Shown: positions 21,411 to 31,774, counted from the first letter of the stretch. The stretch: 56,052 nucleotides of DNA from Fibrobacterales bacterium (GCA_051532055.1 JAOPTX010000024.1:1-56052), one strand, 5' to 3'. Numbers and translations are program-made. Notes: a model not told the origin generated them from the letters alone.

Positions 21411-22172
21411 ATGAGTGCTATAAAAGTGTCGATAATTACAGCGGTCTATAATAATGAAGATTCTATACGGGATGCTATTTGTTCAGTTTTGAGTCAGGAC
21501 TATTCAACTATTGAATATATTCTCATTGATGGAGCATCCACTGATGCAACACGTTCGATTATTGATGAGTATCAGGAGGATATTGCGATCTATGTGAGTG
21601 AACCTGATAGCGGAATATACGATGCACTCAATAAAGGGGTGCACTATGCAACAGGTGATCTTATTGGGTTTATGCATTCAGATGATCTTTTCGGAGATAC
21701 AACGGTCATTTCACAGGTTGTGGCGGCCTATGAGAGTAATGGTGCTGATGGCGTGTATGGAGACTTGGAATATGTCCAAAAAAATGATACGAGTCAGGTT
21801 ATTCGTTATTGGAAGAGTAACCCTTTTGAGCGGGCGGCACTAAAAAAGGGATGGATGATCCCCCATCCAACCCTCTATCTTACTCCGAGTGTCTATAAAG
21901 AATATGGGGTTTTTGATACTAACCTCAGAATATCAGCTGATTATGAATTTATGCTTCGTATTCTCACTAAACAAGCCCTTTCGTTTGCCTATATTCCTAT
22001 GGTACTTGTCAAAATGAGGGTTGGAGGAGCGAGTAATTCATTCGGTAATTTATTGAAAAAGTCTAAAGAAGACCTTAAAATCCTCCGAAAACATAATGTG
22101 GGCGGAGTGTATACTCTGTTATATAAAATCGCGTCAAAACTGAATCAATTTATTCGCCGTAGGAGTGAATAG
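21411..22172 (+). CDS. GT2 glycosyltransferase (WcaE-like)
   Basis: VSIITAVYN, IDGASTD, SEPDSGIYDALNKG, HSDD, PHP, ADYE. Confidence 0.92.
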   Translation: MSAIKVSIITAVYNNEDSIRDAICSVLSQDYSTIEYILIDGASTDATRSIIDEYQEDIAIYVSEPDSGIYDALNKGVHYATGDLIGFMHSDDLFGDTTVISQVVAAYESNGADGVYGDLEYVQKNDTSQVIRYWKSNPFERAALKKGWMIPHPTLYLTPSVYKEYGVFDTNLRISADYEFMLRILTKQALSFAYIPMVLVKMRVGGASNSFGNLLKKSKEDLKILRKHNVGGVYTLLYKIASKLNQFIRRRSE

Positions 22173-22207
22173 GTTTTTTTAAGTGTAATTGTGCCAGTGG
22201 TTGAACA

Positions 22208-24430
22208 ATGAATGAAGTGAGAGAACAAGAGACAGGAGACGAATCCGGTGGAGAGATGAGCATTCAAGAGCTCCTCTTAATCGTTCTTGTTGCCTGGAAA
22301 TCAATCATCATTATCACTACTATAGCAATCTTAGTCGGTATGCTGTATATCTGGCGGTCGGTCCCCATCTACAAAGTAGATGCCCTTATCCAAGTTTCTG
22401 AAAAAAGTAATAGTAGTTTGAGTGCTCTCGGAGATATGGGGAGTATGTTTGATATCACTTCTCCCTCTCAGGCAGAAATAGAACTACTCCGATCGCGCAT
22501 GGTACTCGAAGAAGTGGTGAAAGGACTTAAGCTTGATGTGCTGGTGCAGCCTATATATTTCCCCCTTATTGGCCAAGCCTATGCGAATAGAAATCATCAG
22601 GCCCTCGAACCTGTGGATGCTCCTTTTGATGTGGACGGATATTCGTGGGGTGGAGAAATTCTTAGGGTAACGGGGTTTCGAGTGCCCAGTAAAATGCAGG
22701 AACAAGCTTTTATCTTAACTGTAGGAGATCGAAGTGAGTTCGTTTTGAGTGATCCAGCAGGCAGATATCCATTTAAGTGTCGTGTTGGCAAACGGTGTGG
22801 GCTTAAAATAGGGCGGGACACACTCTCAATTTATGTGCCCCAACTTGAGGCAAATCCCGGAGCGCGCTTTAAAGTGACTAAAAAGCGCATGCTTAAAGCA
22901 ATTAAGAGAATTCGCAATAATTTTAGTGCTGCTGAGCTTGGCAAGCAGAGTGGAATGCTGGGACTTTCATTGACCAATACGAACCCAGACTTGGCAGCTC
23001 AGATTTTAAATAAAATTGCCGACAACTATGTACGGCAAAATGTTGAACACAAATCAGAAGAGGCGGGTAAAACCCTTCGTTTTTTAAAAAATCAACTTCC
23101 GGGCCTCAGAGTTACTCTTGAAGCGTCAGAGAATAGACTCAATCAGTATCGCTTGAAAATTGGATCTATCGATTTGAGCCAAGAGGCAAGTATGGTTCTG
23201 CAACAGACCGTTAAACTCGAAAGTAATTTGTTGCAACTGAAACAAAAGAAAAGTGACCTCCTTCGGCTGTATGAAAAAAGACACCCGGCAGTGCAAGCCC
23301 TTGATGACCAAATAAATGATGTACGTAAGCAGATAAAAGGTCTCAATTCAGAAGTGCGGCAACTCCCTCATGATCAACAAGAGGTGCTACGTTTGAGTCG
23401 AGACGTAGAGGTAAATAATAAACTCTATACTACTATGCTCAACAATGTGCAAAAATTACAAGTAGTAAAAGCGGGTAAAATTGGAAATGTTCGGATTGTC
23501 GATAGAGCTCAACCAACCTACGATCCAATTAAACCTCAAAAGACGCTGTTGGTCGTACTATTTACTGTGTTTGGTATCGTATTGGGAATAATTTGGGCGT
23601 TCATTCGAAAGTTTTGGGTGGCGGGGGTTGATGATCCTGCACTGGTTACTAAAAAGTTTGGTCTTCCTGTCTATGCTACAGTACCGTATTGTCCTCAGCA
23701 AGAGCTGTTGCGGTCAGAGCTCACCGCCGATGAATCGACTGGCTTTTTACAAATGGTGGGGAAGACAGATGAAATGGTTGTCGAAAGTTTGCGTAGTCTG
23801 AGAACCATGCTTCACTATGGGATGAAAGGGGCTAAGAATAACAGTATTATGTTTACAGGACCTACATCAGGTATCGGGAAATCATTTGTCTCATCAAATT
23901 TTGCAGCGAGCCTAGCCGAAGTAAACTCGCGGGTACTTGTGATGGATCTTGATATGCGCCGTGGTCACCTCCATCATTATTTTGGGATGGCACGGGGGCG
24001 TGGTATGTCGGAGGTCCTTATGGGGAAAGTGGAAATCCAAGACGTCATTATAGAGACGGGCATTACTAATCTTGATTGTGTATCATCGGGAACCCTGTTT
24101 GCGGGGTCATCTGAACTTTTAATGCGCGCTGAATTTTCAGAAGTACTGTTATATGTTATAGAACGATATGATTATGTCATTCTTGATGCACCACCCATCC
24201 TCTCAGTGACTGATAGCTTGATTATTGGTCAGCACACCGGAACCAACTTTCTTCTTCTCAAACACGCCGCCCACTCAATGGATGAAATTGCGAAGAGTAA
24301 ACAACAGCTCGAACATGCCGGGGTCGAGATTAAAGGGGTCATATTTAATAATGTTGCTCAAAATAAGGTATTCAAAAAGGACTACACCTTTAAATACAGT
24401 ATTGATGATCTGAATGAGATAACGAGGTAA
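22208..24430 (+). CDS. wzc: Polysaccharide co-polymerase / BY-kinase Wzc
   Basis: Two TMs, GNVRIVD, Walker A GPTSGIGKS, DLDMRRG, ILDAPP. Confidence 0.93.
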   Translation: MNEVREQETGDESGGEMSIQELLLIVLVAWKSIIIITTIAILVGMLYIWRSVPIYKVDALIQVSEKSNSSLSALGDMGSMFDITSPSQAEIELLRSRMVLEEVVKGLKLDVLVQPIYFPLIGQAYANRNHQALEPVDAPFDVDGYSWGGEILRVTGFRVPSKMQEQAFILTVGDRSEFVLSDPAGRYPFKCRVGKRCGLKIGRDTLSIYVPQLEANPGARFKVTKKRMLKAIKRIRNNFSAAELGKQSGMLGLSLTNTNPDLAAQILNKIADNYVRQNVEHKSEEAGKTLRFLKNQLPGLRVTLEASENRLNQYRLKIGSIDLSQEASMVLQQTVKLESNLLQLKQKKSDLLRLYEKRHPAVQALDDQINDVRKQIKGLNSEVRQLPHDQQEVLRLSRDVEVNNKLYTTMLNNVQKLQVVKAGKIGNVRIVDRAQPTYDPIKPQKTLLVVLFTVFGIVLGIIWAFIRKFWVAGVDDPALVTKKFGLPVYATVPYCPQQELLRSELTADESTGFLQMVGKTDEMVVESLRSLRTMLHYGMKGAKNNSIMFTGPTSGIGKSFVSSNFAASLAEVNSRVLVMDLDMRRGHLHHYFGMARGRGMSEVLMGKVEIQDVIIETGITNLDCVSSGTLFAGSSELLMRAEFSEVLLYVIERYDYVILDAPPILSVTDSLIIGQHTGTNFLLLKHAAHSMDEIAKSKQQLEHAGVEIKGVIFNNVAQNKVFKKDYTFKYSIDDLNEITR

Positions 24431-24509
24431 CCAGAAAAATTTGATTTATAATGGTTATACTGTTTTTTAATGGTATAATGGTGCAAAGAGCATTTTGGAT
24501 AGCACTATT

Positions 24510-25196
24510 ATGGAAAATCGTACCGACCCGGATAAATTAAAAGGTGATGAGTTCGTTGCATTTAGCAAAGATTTCTCTGACACTATAGCTTTTGATGATC
24601 ACAAAATATCATTTGCTGTAGAGCGAGCTCGGGGTAAAAAAGTTCTTGATATAGGCTGTGTCCATCACAATCCAGAAAACTATAAAAGTAAATATTGGGT
24701 GCATAAAGCACTAAAAGATGTCGCGTCATCTCTTGTGGGATTAGACTTGTTTAAGCCAGGCGTCGAATACCTCAATGAACGTGGGTATACTATTCAATAT
24801 GCAGATGCTCAAAATTTTAATCTTGGTGAAACCTTTGATCTCATTTTTGCAGGTGATATAATGGAGCACCTCGAAGACTTTTCAGGGTTTATAGAGAGTT
24901 GTAAAAAACATATGCATAGCGGGAGTAAAATGATTGTATCAACTCCAAACCCTTGGTACTATCGAAATATGATCAAAGCAGCGCTCCATACAGAGGTGAA
25001 TAATAACCCGGAACACACCTGTTGGCTTTGTCCACGTACCCTTCGCCAATTGCTCAACAGACATGAACTTGATCTTGGGGAAGTGCGGTTTGGATCACGC
25101 TATCTGAAAGATAGACTGCTCCCCATACCCAAAGGCTGGAAGAGTACTAGTTTCCATGCTGAGGTGATTCCACTGAAAGACTATTTTAAAATGTAA
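24510..25196 (+). CDS. Class I SAM-dependent methyltransferase
   Basis: VLDIGC, FDLIFAGDIMEH, STPNP; start may instead be 24495. Confidence 0.85.
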   Translation: MENRTDPDKLKGDEFVAFSKDFSDTIAFDDHKISFAVERARGKKVLDIGCVHHNPENYKSKYWVHKALKDVASSLVGLDLFKPGVEYLNERGYTIQYADAQNFNLGETFDLIFAGDIMEHLEDFSGFIESCKKHMHSGSKMIVSTPNPWYYRNMIKAALHTEVNNNPEHTCWLCPRTLRQLLNRHELDLGEVRFGSRYLKDRLLPIPKGWKSTSFHAEVIPLKDYFKM

Positions 25197-25247
25197 TCAT
25201 CTACTTTGGTAATTCATTCAAGTCTTCCGATACTATAAATGTACGTT

Positions 25248-26447
25248 TTACTTTTTTACACCCAATTCAATTTTTAAATCATCCCATCGCCACTCTTTCT
25301 CTTTCCAAATATAATGACGATAGAGGCGTCGTGCTAATTTGCAGGTGATTTCATACGGGATTGTATCAAAGCGTTCTGCGAGTGATTCTACTGAAAGGTC
25401 TTGATGGACATCGTGATCAATAATTGACACTGCATCACCAACTTTCACATGGGGTAGGTGGGTGATGTCGATCATTGTTGTATCCATGCAGACACGCCCT
25501 AGAATAGGACATGCTTTTCCATTAATAAAGAGATGTCCTTCATTGGGACGCCCTCTAAAATAACCATCACCATAGCCAATGGCTACCGCTGCAATACGGG
25601 TTTCACGACTTGCATGCCACATGGCGCCATAGGAGACCGCTTCACCTTGTTTTATTGTAGAGATCTGTTGTATTCGAGCTTTTACTTTAAGTATAGGGAG
25701 GAGGTCTAAGCCTCGATTCTCTGGGTTGTGCAGGTCAAGAGGATTGTAGCCATAGAGAGCGAGACCAGGGCGTACCATGTCGTAGTGACTTTCTGGATAG
25801 TTGAAAATGGCCGCTGAGTTTGCTGCATGTACAAAATCAACTTGATAGCCGTCAGCATCAAGTATCGTTCGCAATTGATCAAATTGAGCCAGTTGGTGTG
25901 CCATGTGAGATTCAGATGGTTCATCAGCTGTTGCAAAATGGGTAAATAGTCCCTGTACCCTAAGGTTGGGGAGTTTAAAAATATCTTTAATCTGCTCTGT
26001 TGCTGTATGGTCAATACCATAGCGATGCATACCGGTGTCAACTTTAATATGAATCGGATAAGGATCCTGTTTACTCTCTAAAAAATCATTTAATGCTTTT
26101 GCAGCAGTCAGTGAATTGATGGTTGGTATAATATTAAAGAGAGCGATATCTTCGAAATCTTTCTCTTTAATGGGGCTCAGTGCAATAATGGGTATCGTAA
26201 TGCCGTACTTTCGAAGTACCACACCCTCAAAGACATGAGCAACTCCTAAATAATCGACTCCAATTTTTTGGGCAGCAAATGAGCAACAGAGGCTTCCGTG
26301 ACCATAGGCATGTGCTTTAACGGGAAAAAGCACCTTAACATCGTTGCCAACTTTCGCTTTGATTGTGCGATAGTTGTGAGCAAGGTTATCGAGGTTTATG
26401 GTGATCCAGTTTGGTGTTTTAATCATGGCTTCTTTATTGTGCTTCAT
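25248..26447 (-). CDS. alr: Alanine racemase
   Basis: VKAHAYGHG PLP-lysine motif; HIKVDTGMHRYG, GRVCMD, TIPYEI. Confidence 0.95.
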   Translation of the reverse strand: MKHNKEAMIKTPNWITINLDNLAHNYRTIKAKVGNDVKVLFPVKAHAYGHGSLCCSFAAQKIGVDYLGVAHVFEGVVLRKYGITIPIIALSPIKEKDFEDIALFNIIPTINSLTAAKALNDFLESKQDPYPIHIKVDTGMHRYGIDHTATEQIKDIFKLPNLRVQGLFTHFATADEPSESHMAHQLAQFDQLRTILDADGYQVDFVHAANSAAIFNYPESHYDMVRPGLALYGYNPLDLHNPENRGLDLLPILKVKARIQQISTIKQGEAVSYGAMWHASRETRIAAVAIGYGDGYFRGRPNEGHLFINGKACPILGRVCMDTTMIDITHLPHVKVGDAVSIIDHDVHQDLSVESLAERFDTIPYEITCKLARRLYRHYIWKEKEWRWDDLKIELGVKK

Positions 26448-26618
26448 GAGGGTCCATAGGGAGAAAATAGAAATTTATAGATGAGACGGGCATGTTTTAT
26501 TTGGATGGAATATATGGATTACTTAATGGATTGGGTACATGATTTATAATTAATTACTTGCAATAGTCAAAAAACTATACCATAATAGTCCATTACTACA
26601 TTTTGATAAGAGAGGGGT

Positions 26619-27500
26619 ATGCGTAATACTAATATTATGTTAGGGCTATTAACTGTGGGGATAATAGTTCTTATGAATTTTGATGTATTGGCATGTGCAT
26701 CACGGTATCTTTACTTCACAACAGAACTCATTCTAATGATTATAGCGCTGTTTGTCTATCTCAATACCTTTCATTCAGTAAAATGGAATGCGCCATATGA
26801 AAAGGATCAAGTGGCACCAAGGCCCAATGCCCGATCGACGGCAAAAAAAATTACCGTTGGATACCTTATTCTTGTAGGCTCAATGGCGATAATATGGGCG
26901 ATATTGCAATTCATGATACCTGAATCAAAAGGGGAATGGCTCCATTCAGGGCTCTGGTATGGGACGTTTGTGGGAATCACCTTACTCTCATTTTTAATCA
27001 TTCGATCACACCGTGAATATGTTAATATGCGTGCAGTGGTGGTGACACTCTGTATTGTGGTACCCATGCTCACTGGGTACGAAGCCATTATGCTCTATTG
27101 GGGCAAAGCGTGGGAATATAATCATACAACATTTGGTGGCTATGGTAATGGTATTCTTGGGACAATATTTAAAGTTCCTGTCGAGTCAGTTCTGTTTCTC
27201 TATCCCGTTACACCGGTCACAGGATTGATACTCTATTCGGTTATAACTCGAAAGAAAAATGACCTCAAAGCATTTTGGATAGCTATGGCAATTTTAACGC
27301 CGAGTACGATCATTACGGAAGTTGCAGGAATTTATCTTCTGGACCTCTGGAGAGTCTTTAATGATTACTCAGTACTCCCAATGGGGCGATCAAATTTTGA
27401 AGAATATGTCTATTATGAAATATGGCTTGGTCTTGCCTTACTTATTTATATCTGGTTTGATAGAAACCTGGTATCGGCACCACGAAAGGAGGGAGTATGA
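26619..27500 (+). CDS. Integral membrane protein with two lycopene-cyclase-like repeats
   Basis: E..xW.Y...VPVES and E...LW...NFEEY motifs; paralog of the next gene. Confidence 0.55.
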   Translation: MRNTNIMLGLLTVGIIVLMNFDVLACASRYLYFTTELILMIIALFVYLNTFHSVKWNAPYEKDQVAPRPNARSTAKKITVGYLILVGSMAIIWAILQFMIPESKGEWLHSGLWYGTFVGITLLSFLIIRSHREYVNMRAVVVTLCIVVPMLTGYEAIMLYWGKAWEYNHTTFGGYGNGILGTIFKVPVESVLFLYPVTPVTGLILYSVITRKKNDLKAFWIAMAILTPSTIITEVAGIYLLDLWRVFNDYSVLPMGRSNFEEYVYYEIWLGLALLIYIWFDRNLVSAPRKEGV

Positions 27501-28384
27501 AGTCTCTATTTTCAAATAGCATCTATGTGTCGTTTTTAGCATTGTTCATACTACTTATCGGAATATCATTTGACTTGTTTCAATTGCAAACTCGGTACCT
27601 GTACTTTTGTGGTGAACTCGTATTACTTTTCTGTACCGTACTTATCTATAATGGAACGTTCAGGGGGATGCACTGGAAAGAGCCTTTTGAAACGGTGGAT
27701 CATTCACTTGATACCATTGCGGGGAAAAAAGGAAAGATTTTTGGAATCGCCTTTGCAGTCTTATTGCTTGTAAATATTTTGGTGTGGATCATAACGGGAG
27801 TTGAGGATCATACAGCCATTAAAAGTTGGGTTCGTATGGGGCTGTGGTTTGGTTTTTTTGCTGTTGCCTCATCACTCTTTTATTTTTTCATTCGAAAACG
27901 TGATAATTTCTTTAATACCCGCTCACTGATCATTACGACGCTCCTTATGGTGATTGTACTGACAGGGTTTGAAGCAGTGATGCTTCATTGGGGGCACGCG
28001 TGGAGTTATAACCATACTGTTATGGGTTGGGTCCTGGGTATCCCTGTCGAGAATATTCTGTTTGTCTATCCGGTGACTCCTGCATTTTGTATTGTGGTGT
28101 ATTCAATTATTACTCGGTATCGTAATGATCTCAAAGCATTTTGGTTTGCATCAATGATTTTGGTTCCCTCAGCTATTATTGTAGAGCTCATGTCAATTTA
28201 CACATTGGACCTCTGGCATATTTATAATGACTATTCAGTACTCCCCATGGGGAAAGTTAATCTCGAAGAGTTTTTCTTTTATGCAGTGTTTTTAGAACTC
28301 ACACTGGTGACCTACATCTTTTTTGATCGAAATTTAAAACCGACAACACTGTCAGACACCATTGAACAATCAACAAGTGAATAA
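27497..28384 (+). CDS. Integral membrane protein with two lycopene-cyclase-like repeats
   Basis: AWSYNHTVMGWVLGIPVENILF and LWHIY...NLEEFFFY; ATGA overlap with the upstream gene. Confidence 0.55.
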   Translation: MKSLFSNSIYVSFLALFILLIGISFDLFQLQTRYLYFCGELVLLFCTVLIYNGTFRGMHWKEPFETVDHSLDTIAGKKGKIFGIAFAVLLLVNILVWIITGVEDHTAIKSWVRMGLWFGFFAVASSLFYFFIRKRDNFFNTRSLIITTLLMVIVLTGFEAVMLHWGHAWSYNHTVMGWVLGIPVENILFVYPVTPAFCIVVYSIITRYRNDLKAFWFASMILVPSAIIVELMSIYTLDLWHIYNDYSVLPMGKVNLEEFFFYAVFLELTLVTYIFFDRNLKPTTLSDTIEQSTSE

Positions 28385-28393
28385 GGAATCAAT

Positions 28394-28942
28394 ATGACAC
28401 CGATAAAAATCACCAAATATGGCTGGGAAGTTTTGATACTCTTTTTGGTCTCTATTATACCCATCGTCACCTATATCCATTTACCGTTTCATACGATAGT
28501 GATTCTTTACCTTGTAGGGATGACATTCGAAATCCTCACTGAGGAAAGTTGGAACTACAACAAGGCAATGGATAAGGCTACATTTATGCTGCGGGATAGA
28601 GATGTGAGTCTCATCTTTGGCCTTGGTTGGATAGGTACCTTGAGCTTTGGAATGTCATTTGCAAAGGTACTTCGGGATTTTGCCGATGTTGATCTCTATT
28701 GGAGTCTTTTCATTGCTCTTGGAGTAGTAGGAAATATTCTTGAAGCAACATTCCTCAAACTTGGACTTTGGAAATATAATATGGAGGCTAAAGGGGTGAA
28801 TTTAGGCTTTAAACATATGCCGTGTATTCTTGGGGTGCCGCTTTCTGTAGTTGTAGGATACTTTGTTTTCCAAGGGACACTTATGTACTATGTCGTGTTT
28901 AAACTGGTCCCTTGGATGTTTAATTGTCCTCAACCACTATAG
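28394..28942 (+). CDS. Membrane protein with a duplicated E-x(n)-WxY motif (lycopene cyclase/CruF/DUF2878-like)
   Basis: FEILTEESWNY and LEATFLKLGLWKY...GVPL; hydrophobic; 9 nt after the previous gene. Confidence 0.5.
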   Translation: MTPIKITKYGWEVLILFLVSIIPIVTYIHLPFHTIVILYLVGMTFEILTEESWNYNKAMDKATFMLRDRDVSLIFGLGWIGTLSFGMSFAKVLRDFADVDLYWSLFIALGVVGNILEATFLKLGLWKYNMEAKGVNLGFKHMPCILGVPLSVVVGYFVFQGTLMYYVVFKLVPWMFNCPQPL

Positions 28943-28949
28943 CCCAATA

Positions 28950-29429
28950 TTACTTAAAATAAGCAGAATAGAGCGAAAGATGAAGGTGTACTTCTTTCGC
29001 TTTTTCTTTGGTTCCTGTTGTTGCAAGAGCATCTATAGCAGGCATGAGCTTCATGAGGTATGTGTGGAGCATATCATGAGATGAGCCTTTCATAGTACAG
29101 CCCGCAATAAGTTCTTTAATATACACTTGCTGTTCTAATCCTAGTGCTTTAAATACGCTCGGGTCTGATGCTTTTTTATAGCCATCATTATAAGTGGTTT
29201 GCATTTTCTCTAAGACCGTACGGGTGTGCACATCCATTTCCCATTTTTGATCATCATTGAGAGTCAGCCCAGGTGTCTCATGGTTGTGTGCGGTACTTTC
29301 TGTAGCACTTGCTTCTTTAGGGCAAAAGGCACCTTCTGCTTTACTATGGCAGCGTCCACATGTTAGGTAGAAGACTACTCCTCCAATGATAATAGTTGCA
29401 AGAACTGCTCCAATAATTTTTTTCTTCAT
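28950..29429 (-). CDS. Membrane-anchored hypothetical protein, possible metal-binding helical bundle
   Basis: N-terminal TM, AGGAG RBS; LNDDQKWE and CTMKGSSHDMLH motifs. Confidence 0.7.
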   Translation of the reverse strand: MKKKIIGAVLATIIIGGVVFYLTCGRCHSKAEGAFCPKEASATESTAHNHETPGLTLNDDQKWEMDVHTRTVLEKMQTTYNDGYKKASDPSVFKALGLEQQVYIKELIAGCTMKGSSHDMLHTYLMKLMPAIDALATTGTKEKAKEVHLHLSLYSAYFK

Positions 29430-29629
29430 GATCTACTCCTTGTGCTCTCGTGTGATATTTTAAGATACAAAAATAGTAAATGGGTAATGGCTGATTTATA
29501 GAGAGAAGGAGATGTAATGACAGAAACTACAACTTCGAAGGGTAGTTCTTTACACCAAAAAGAGCCAAGATCTCACTTGATGTGGTAAATCTCAGCTCTT
29601 TTCAACAGGAATTGTTTGGTCTTGGTCTT

Positions 29630-31774
29630 TTAATCTATATACTGTACTGGTTGCTCACTACTGAGTTCTAGTCCAGCTACCGATTCTAAAATTTCATAAA
29701 ACTCTTTTCTCTCATCATTGTCATCAAGCTGCCACTGTTGCGCATAACTGAGAACGCCGGCGAGCGTTGAATGAGAGTGTGGTGTTTTACGGAGGACATC
29801 ACTATACTCACCAACGAGAGCGGCAAATTTAAAATCGTCATCTTGTGACTCAAAGGTAGTGTTGTCTGAAACTACTATCGTGGAACTTTCTTCATAGCTG
29901 GTTCCTTTGGTATTTTGGTAGCGTATACGTACTGATCCAAGCATTGTACCATTGTTTTCATCGTTCATTACCAATTCATAGAGGGCGGTGACCGTATGGC
30001 CAGGACCAATCTCCCCGGCATCAGTGGTATCAACCTCAAAGAGCTCATCCGCGATATCTCTATTCTCGTACCCCAGTAATCGGTAGCGCTTCACTTTTTG
30101 AGTGTCAAATTCTAGTTGGATTTTTGTGTCTATTGCAACCGCTTCGATCGTTGCCGCAATTTTTTTACCAAAGATTCTTTGTGCTTCTTTAATACCATCA
30201 ATGTAGTAGTAGTTGCCATTGCCTTTATTGGCAAGCTTTTCCATTGTAGCGTCTTGGAAGTTGCCGATGCCAAAGCCGAGGGTCGACATCATGATGCCTC
30301 CATCAACATATTCTTGAATTTGGGTGAGCATTTCCTCGCCTCGCACTGAGCCAATATTAGCGTCACCATCTGAGCAAACAATAACTCTATTAACGCCATC
30401 TGATAAAAAGGCAGAACGATTAACCGTATAGGCATTAGTCATACCATCTCCCATAGCTGTTCCCCCACCAGTAGTAAGGTCTTTAAGAAGTCCTTTAATG
30501 GCTTCTCTGTCAGAGTCTTTGAGTGAAATAGGGTTGAGAACAGTCGATACCGAGCCAGCATAGGTTGTTATAGAGAGGTAATCCCCTTCTTGCATATTAT
30601 CTATAAGCACATACAGGCTTTCTTTTACAAGATCAATACGACCTCGCATTGAACCAGAAATATCCAGTAAAAAGGTAAGATTCCATGGGACACGTTCAAC
30701 AGAAGGAGTGTGTGCCTTGAGTCCAACACGGAGTATAGAAACAGAGTCTCTAAAAGGAGATTCTGCGATATCTGTAAGTATAGTGAATACACCCTCTTCT
30801 GGCTCTGGGTAGTCATACTCGAAGTAATTGATGAACTCTTCTGTTCGCACTGCTTGTGAGTCGGGTACCATAGCATAATCAAGTATACGGCTCCGTGCAA
30901 AAGTATAGGAGGCGGCATCTACATCAAGGCCAAAGGTTGATTGATTATCGTCTACGGTTGCAACAAACCCGCCAAGTTGAAATGATGAAAAGGTCTCGCT
31001 TCCGGGGTAAAAATTTCCGCTTGAACCTAAGGTGAGCCCAGCTCCGCCACCAGAACCATTACCATCGCCAACTCCACTTCCATTTCCACCACCAGCAGGG
31101 CCAGCGGAAGGAGCTTGGTATGGGCATATATCTTCAAACATGGCACAGTCACTATCGTTACAATCTATATAACCATCACCGTCATTATCTATGTTATCTT
31201 CACATATTGCCCTGGTGAGTTCACCGCATTTCCCCGCGAGTACTTGCAAGCATTCTACATCTTCACAGTCAGTAAGACCGTCACCATCATTATCTACACC
31301 ATCAGTACACGTTTCAACAGTACTCTCACCACAGGAATCAAATGGCTGACATTGTTTATCAGCACAATCTATATAACCATCCGCATCATTGTCAATTCCA
31401 TCTTGACATTGCTTCTCTGTGTCCTCCCTGCCTCGACAGTCAATTTGTACGAAATCATTGCACGTTTTTTCTGCGCAGTCAACAAACCCATTGTTGTCAT
31501 TATCGATTCCGTCGGTGCACTTGTCTATGGTATTTTCAAGATTAGCCTCAGGACTGGGTATGGTTTCTTTATTTGAGGAGCCAAATAGTTCACTACTTTC
31601 GATATTTTCTTCTGAACTCAATGAAGTTTCAGAGCTATAGATCTCGTTAGAGCTTATCTCACTCGATGAAGAATCGTTAATAGATATGTTGTTGGAGCTT
31701 TGAGTGGTTTCTGGTAAACAACCCGTGGTAATTGTGGTAAAAATTGTAGCAAAGATTAAATAGGTGTATTTCAT
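29630..31774 (-). CDS. Lipoprotein: 4 Cys/Asp repeats, Gly linker, YfbK-like vWA/DUF3520 module
   Basis: Lipobox ITTGC; STFGLDVDAASY, RTEEFINYF, MIDAS DISGSM, SDGDANIG, RLLGYENR, DAGEIGPGHTVTALYE. Confidence 0.88.
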   Translation of the reverse strand: MKYTYLIFATIFTTITTGCLPETTQSSNNISINDSSSSEISSNEIYSSETSLSSEENIESSELFGSSNKETIPSPEANLENTIDKCTDGIDNDNNGFVDCAEKTCNDFVQIDCRGREDTEKQCQDGIDNDADGYIDCADKQCQPFDSCGESTVETCTDGVDNDGDGLTDCEDVECLQVLAGKCGELTRAICEDNIDNDGDGYIDCNDSDCAMFEDICPYQAPSAGPAGGGNGSGVGDGNGSGGGAGLTLGSSGNFYPGSETFSSFQLGGFVATVDDNQSTFGLDVDAASYTFARSRILDYAMVPDSQAVRTEEFINYFEYDYPEPEEGVFTILTDIAESPFRDSVSILRVGLKAHTPSVERVPWNLTFLLDISGSMRGRIDLVKESLYVLIDNMQEGDYLSITTYAGSVSTVLNPISLKDSDREAIKGLLKDLTTGGGTAMGDGMTNAYTVNRSAFLSDGVNRVIVCSDGDANIGSVRGEEMLTQIQEYVDGGIMMSTLGFGIGNFQDATMEKLANKGNGNYYYIDGIKEAQRIFGKKIAATIEAVAIDTKIQLEFDTQKVKRYRLLGYENRDIADELFEVDTTDAGEIGPGHTVTALYELVMNDENNGTMLGSVRIRYQNTKGTSYEESSTIVVSDNTTFESQDDDFKFAALVGEYSDVLRKTPHSHSTLAGVLSYAQQWQLDDNDERKEFYEILESVAGLELSSEQPVQYID

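Noticed and set aside
26619..28942. Calling this a carotenoid biosynthesis cluster (crtY)
   Set aside because: Similarity is motif-level only and no other crt genes are in the window, so no gene symbol was assigned.
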